A stretch of DNA of 64,000 nt from an uncultured Veillonellaceae bacterium (GTDB taxonomy: Bacteria; Bacillota; Negativicutes; JARBTT01), in NCBI GenBank assembly GCA_963805085.1, contig CAWDTA010000002.1:1120001-1184000 (forward strand), given 5' to 3'. Position numbers and translations under genes: made by a program. Below the pieces are notes generated by a model. That model was given only the letters and a program-made list of their open reading frames with translations. It did not search any database and was not told the DNA's origin. Positions 62,005-64,000 of this stretch are shown here, one piece after another; position 1 is the first letter of the stretch; the number at the start of each line of letters is the position of its first letter.

Positions 62005-64000
62005 ATGAAAAGAAAAAGCTTTGTTTCTTTTATTGTGTTAGTCCTATGTTTTTTTTCAGTAATAACTTTAAAATCAGTTGCTTTAGCTAATGATAGTAAT
62101 GAGCAAAATAGTGATTTTGTGACTCGCCAAGGCGACAAACTTATGTTAAATGGTAAAGAATTTAGATTTTCCGGTTCGAACAATTATTATTTTCATTATC
62201 GTTCTAATAAAATGATTGATGATGTAATGGATAACGCTAGTAAAATGGGATTAAAAGTGATGAGATGTTGGGGCTTTATTGATGGTAATGGGGAAGATAA
62301 AACAACAGACCCCAAAATAGAGATGCAACCCAACATGGGAGAATACGCTGAGAGTGGCTTTGAAAGATTAGACTATGCTATCAAAAAAGCTAGTGAAAAA
62401 GGTATAAAATTAGTTATAGTGTTAGTAAATAACTGGGATGACTTTGGCGGTATGAATGCCTATGTCAATTGGGCAAAAGATCCGAATAGACATGATGGAT
62501 TTTATACTAATGAAAAAATTAAAAGTGCCTATAAAGCTTACGTAAATCACATGCTGAATAGAGTTAATACATATACTGGTGTAAAGTATATGTATGATCC
62601 TACTATTATGACATGGGAATTAACTAATGAAGCACGTTGTGAATCTGATCCGTCAGGGAAAACACTTTTTAACTGGACAAAAGAGATGAGTGAATATGTT
62701 AAATCTGTTGATAATAGCCATCTTGTAGCATTAGGTGAAGAAGGATTTATAAGAGATACTAAAAGTACTATCTTAGAATACAATGGCTCAAAAGGCCTTG
62801 ACTGGGGGCAAGTTATTGCATTGCCAACTATCGACTATGGTACTGTACATTTGTACCCTGATTATTGGGGTGATCCTTGGAAAGATGGCGTGAAATCGGG
62901 TTCTGCTTGGTTAAAAGCTCACGCTGGTTTAGCGAAAGCTGCTAACAAACCTGTCGTTTTTGAAGAATATGGAGTATTAAAAACAAGTGTTACAAATCGT
63001 GATTATGCATACGAAACTTGGAATAATTTAGCATACGAACTTGGTTATAGTGGAAGTATGTTTTGGCTTTTAACAGGTATTGATGATTTAAAGCCAGATG
63101 CAGATGGGCTTTATCCGGATAATGATAGTCTTAGAATCGTATACAATAAAAAAGAAAATGCGGCAAGCGTTAAAATTTTCGAAGAAAATGCAAAGTTAAT
63201 GAATGGTAAAAAAGTAACAAGAACTCCACATATTTATATAACTGCACCAAGTAAAAACGAAAGAATCAAAGATCTTGCTTCTGTAGAAGTTAAAATCATA
63301 CCATATGGTAAAGAAATAAATAACGTATTGTTTTCAACACCAAAAGAGAAAAATATCATAATGAAAGCAAATGCTGGCAGTTACAAGTATGATCTTGATA
63401 TATCCAAAGAAGAAAATGGTAAAATGCCTATTTCAGCTGTAGTTCAATTTAAAGATGGAACCTCTGCAGCTACATCAGATATAATCAACATCCGAAATAA
63501 ACAAGGAAAATTGGTTAGTGAAAAAGTATTTGATTTCAGCAAAGAAATCGATGGATGGGATCAAAATGGCATATATCAATCAGAAATTAAAGATGTGAAA
63601 TACACGAAAGAAGTTGGAAATGGGTCCTTACAGCTCGATGTTAAATTCCCTGGAGCTTCTGATTGGGAAGAACTTAGAATAGCTCTTAAATCTATAGATT
63701 TAACTCCTTATGCCGGCTGTAAGTATGACATATATATTCCCAAGGAAGGATTACCAGCACATGCTCAATTAAGACCGTATGTCGTTGTTACACCAGGCTG
63801 GGTGAAATGTGGTGTAGATCAAAATAATGCTTATATCGGTCAATTACCTACTGTTACATTCAGCGGAAAAGAATATGTAAAATTACAAGTTACAAATATG
63901 TTCAATGGACAAGCAAAAGATAAGAATGAACTTGATATTGATCTGGTTGCAAACATGTTTAAATATGAAGGTCCAATCTATTTTGATAATATTGAATTGC
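62005..64000 (+). CDS. secreted GH5 endo-beta-1,4-mannanase with Ig-like and CBM27-like domains (3'-truncated by window)
   Basis: Absent from the ORF track because there is no stop in the window. RBS aaggag; signal peptide; FRFSGSNNYY, VNNWDDFGGM, WELTNEARC (acid/base), HLYP, KPVVFEEYG (nucleophile); C-terminal DWEELRI...RPY...PGWVK. Confidence 0.9.
   Translation, partial: MKRKSFVSFIVLVLCFFSVITLKSVALANDSNEQNSDFVTRQGDKLMLNGKEFRFSGSNNYYFHYRSNKMIDDVMDNASKMGLKVMRCWGFIDGNGEDKTTDPKIEMQPNMGEYAESGFERLDYAIKKASEKGIKLVIVLVNNWDDFGGMNAYVNWAKDPNRHDGFYTNEKIKSAYKAYVNHMLNRVNTYTGVKYMYDPTIMTWELTNEARCESDPSGKTLFNWTKEMSEYVKSVDNSHLVALGEEGFIRDTKSTILEYNGSKGLDWGQVIALPTIDYGTVHLYPDYWGDPWKDGVKSGSAWLKAHAGLAKAANKPVVFEEYGVLKTSVTNRDYAYETWNNLAYELGYSGSMFWLLTGIDDLKPDADGLYPDNDSLRIVYNKKENAASVKIFEENAKLMNGKKVTRTPHIYITAPSKNERIKDLASVEVKIIPYGKEINNVLFSTPKEKNIIMKANAGSYKYDLDISKEENGKMPISAVVQFKDGTSAATSDIINIRNKQGKLVSEKVFDFSKEIDGWDQNGIYQSEIKDVKYTKEVGNGSLQLDVKFPGASDWEELRIALKSIDLTPYAGCKYDIYIPKEGLPAHAQLRPYVVVTPGWVKCGVDQNNAYIGQLPTVTFSGKEYVKLQVTNMFNGQAKDKNELDIDLVANMFKYEGPIYFDNIEL

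Overview
Low-GC, diderm, probably spore-forming Firmicute (Negativicutes, Pelosinus/Sporomusa-like, inferred from an SLH-anchored OmpM-type porin, an RND pump and exosporium-type collagen genes). 1-21.4 kb is the 3' end of a trans-AT polyketide synthase cluster: three PKS genes, a terminal thioesterase, an Sfp-type PPTase and an MFS transporter. It has near-identical duplicated modules, a KS-DH0|ACP-KS junction with no KR, and an atypical terminal hotdog domain. 21.5-49.2 kb is a ~27.5 kb accessory block bounded by tRNA-Thr(CGT) and a degenerate copy of its 3' half. It holds a collagen-like (Gly-X-Thr) protein glycosylation locus whose GTs include one resembling eukaryotic COLGALT/PLOD collagen-modifying domains. 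It also holds a sigma54-controlled sugar-acid operon with a UxaB-UxaA fusion, thiT (TPP riboswitch) and thiN, and a GH4/PTS beta-glucoside operon carrying two copies of an unexplained structured leader. 49.3-64 kb contains a diguanylate cyclase flanked by tRNA-Thr and a pseudo-tRNA-Thr, an orphan RND pump, a URO-D-family gene with an amino-acid ABC transporter behind an attenuator, and a GntR/porin/GH5 mannanase locus that runs off the window. All assignments come from reading motifs by eye; no database searches were run.
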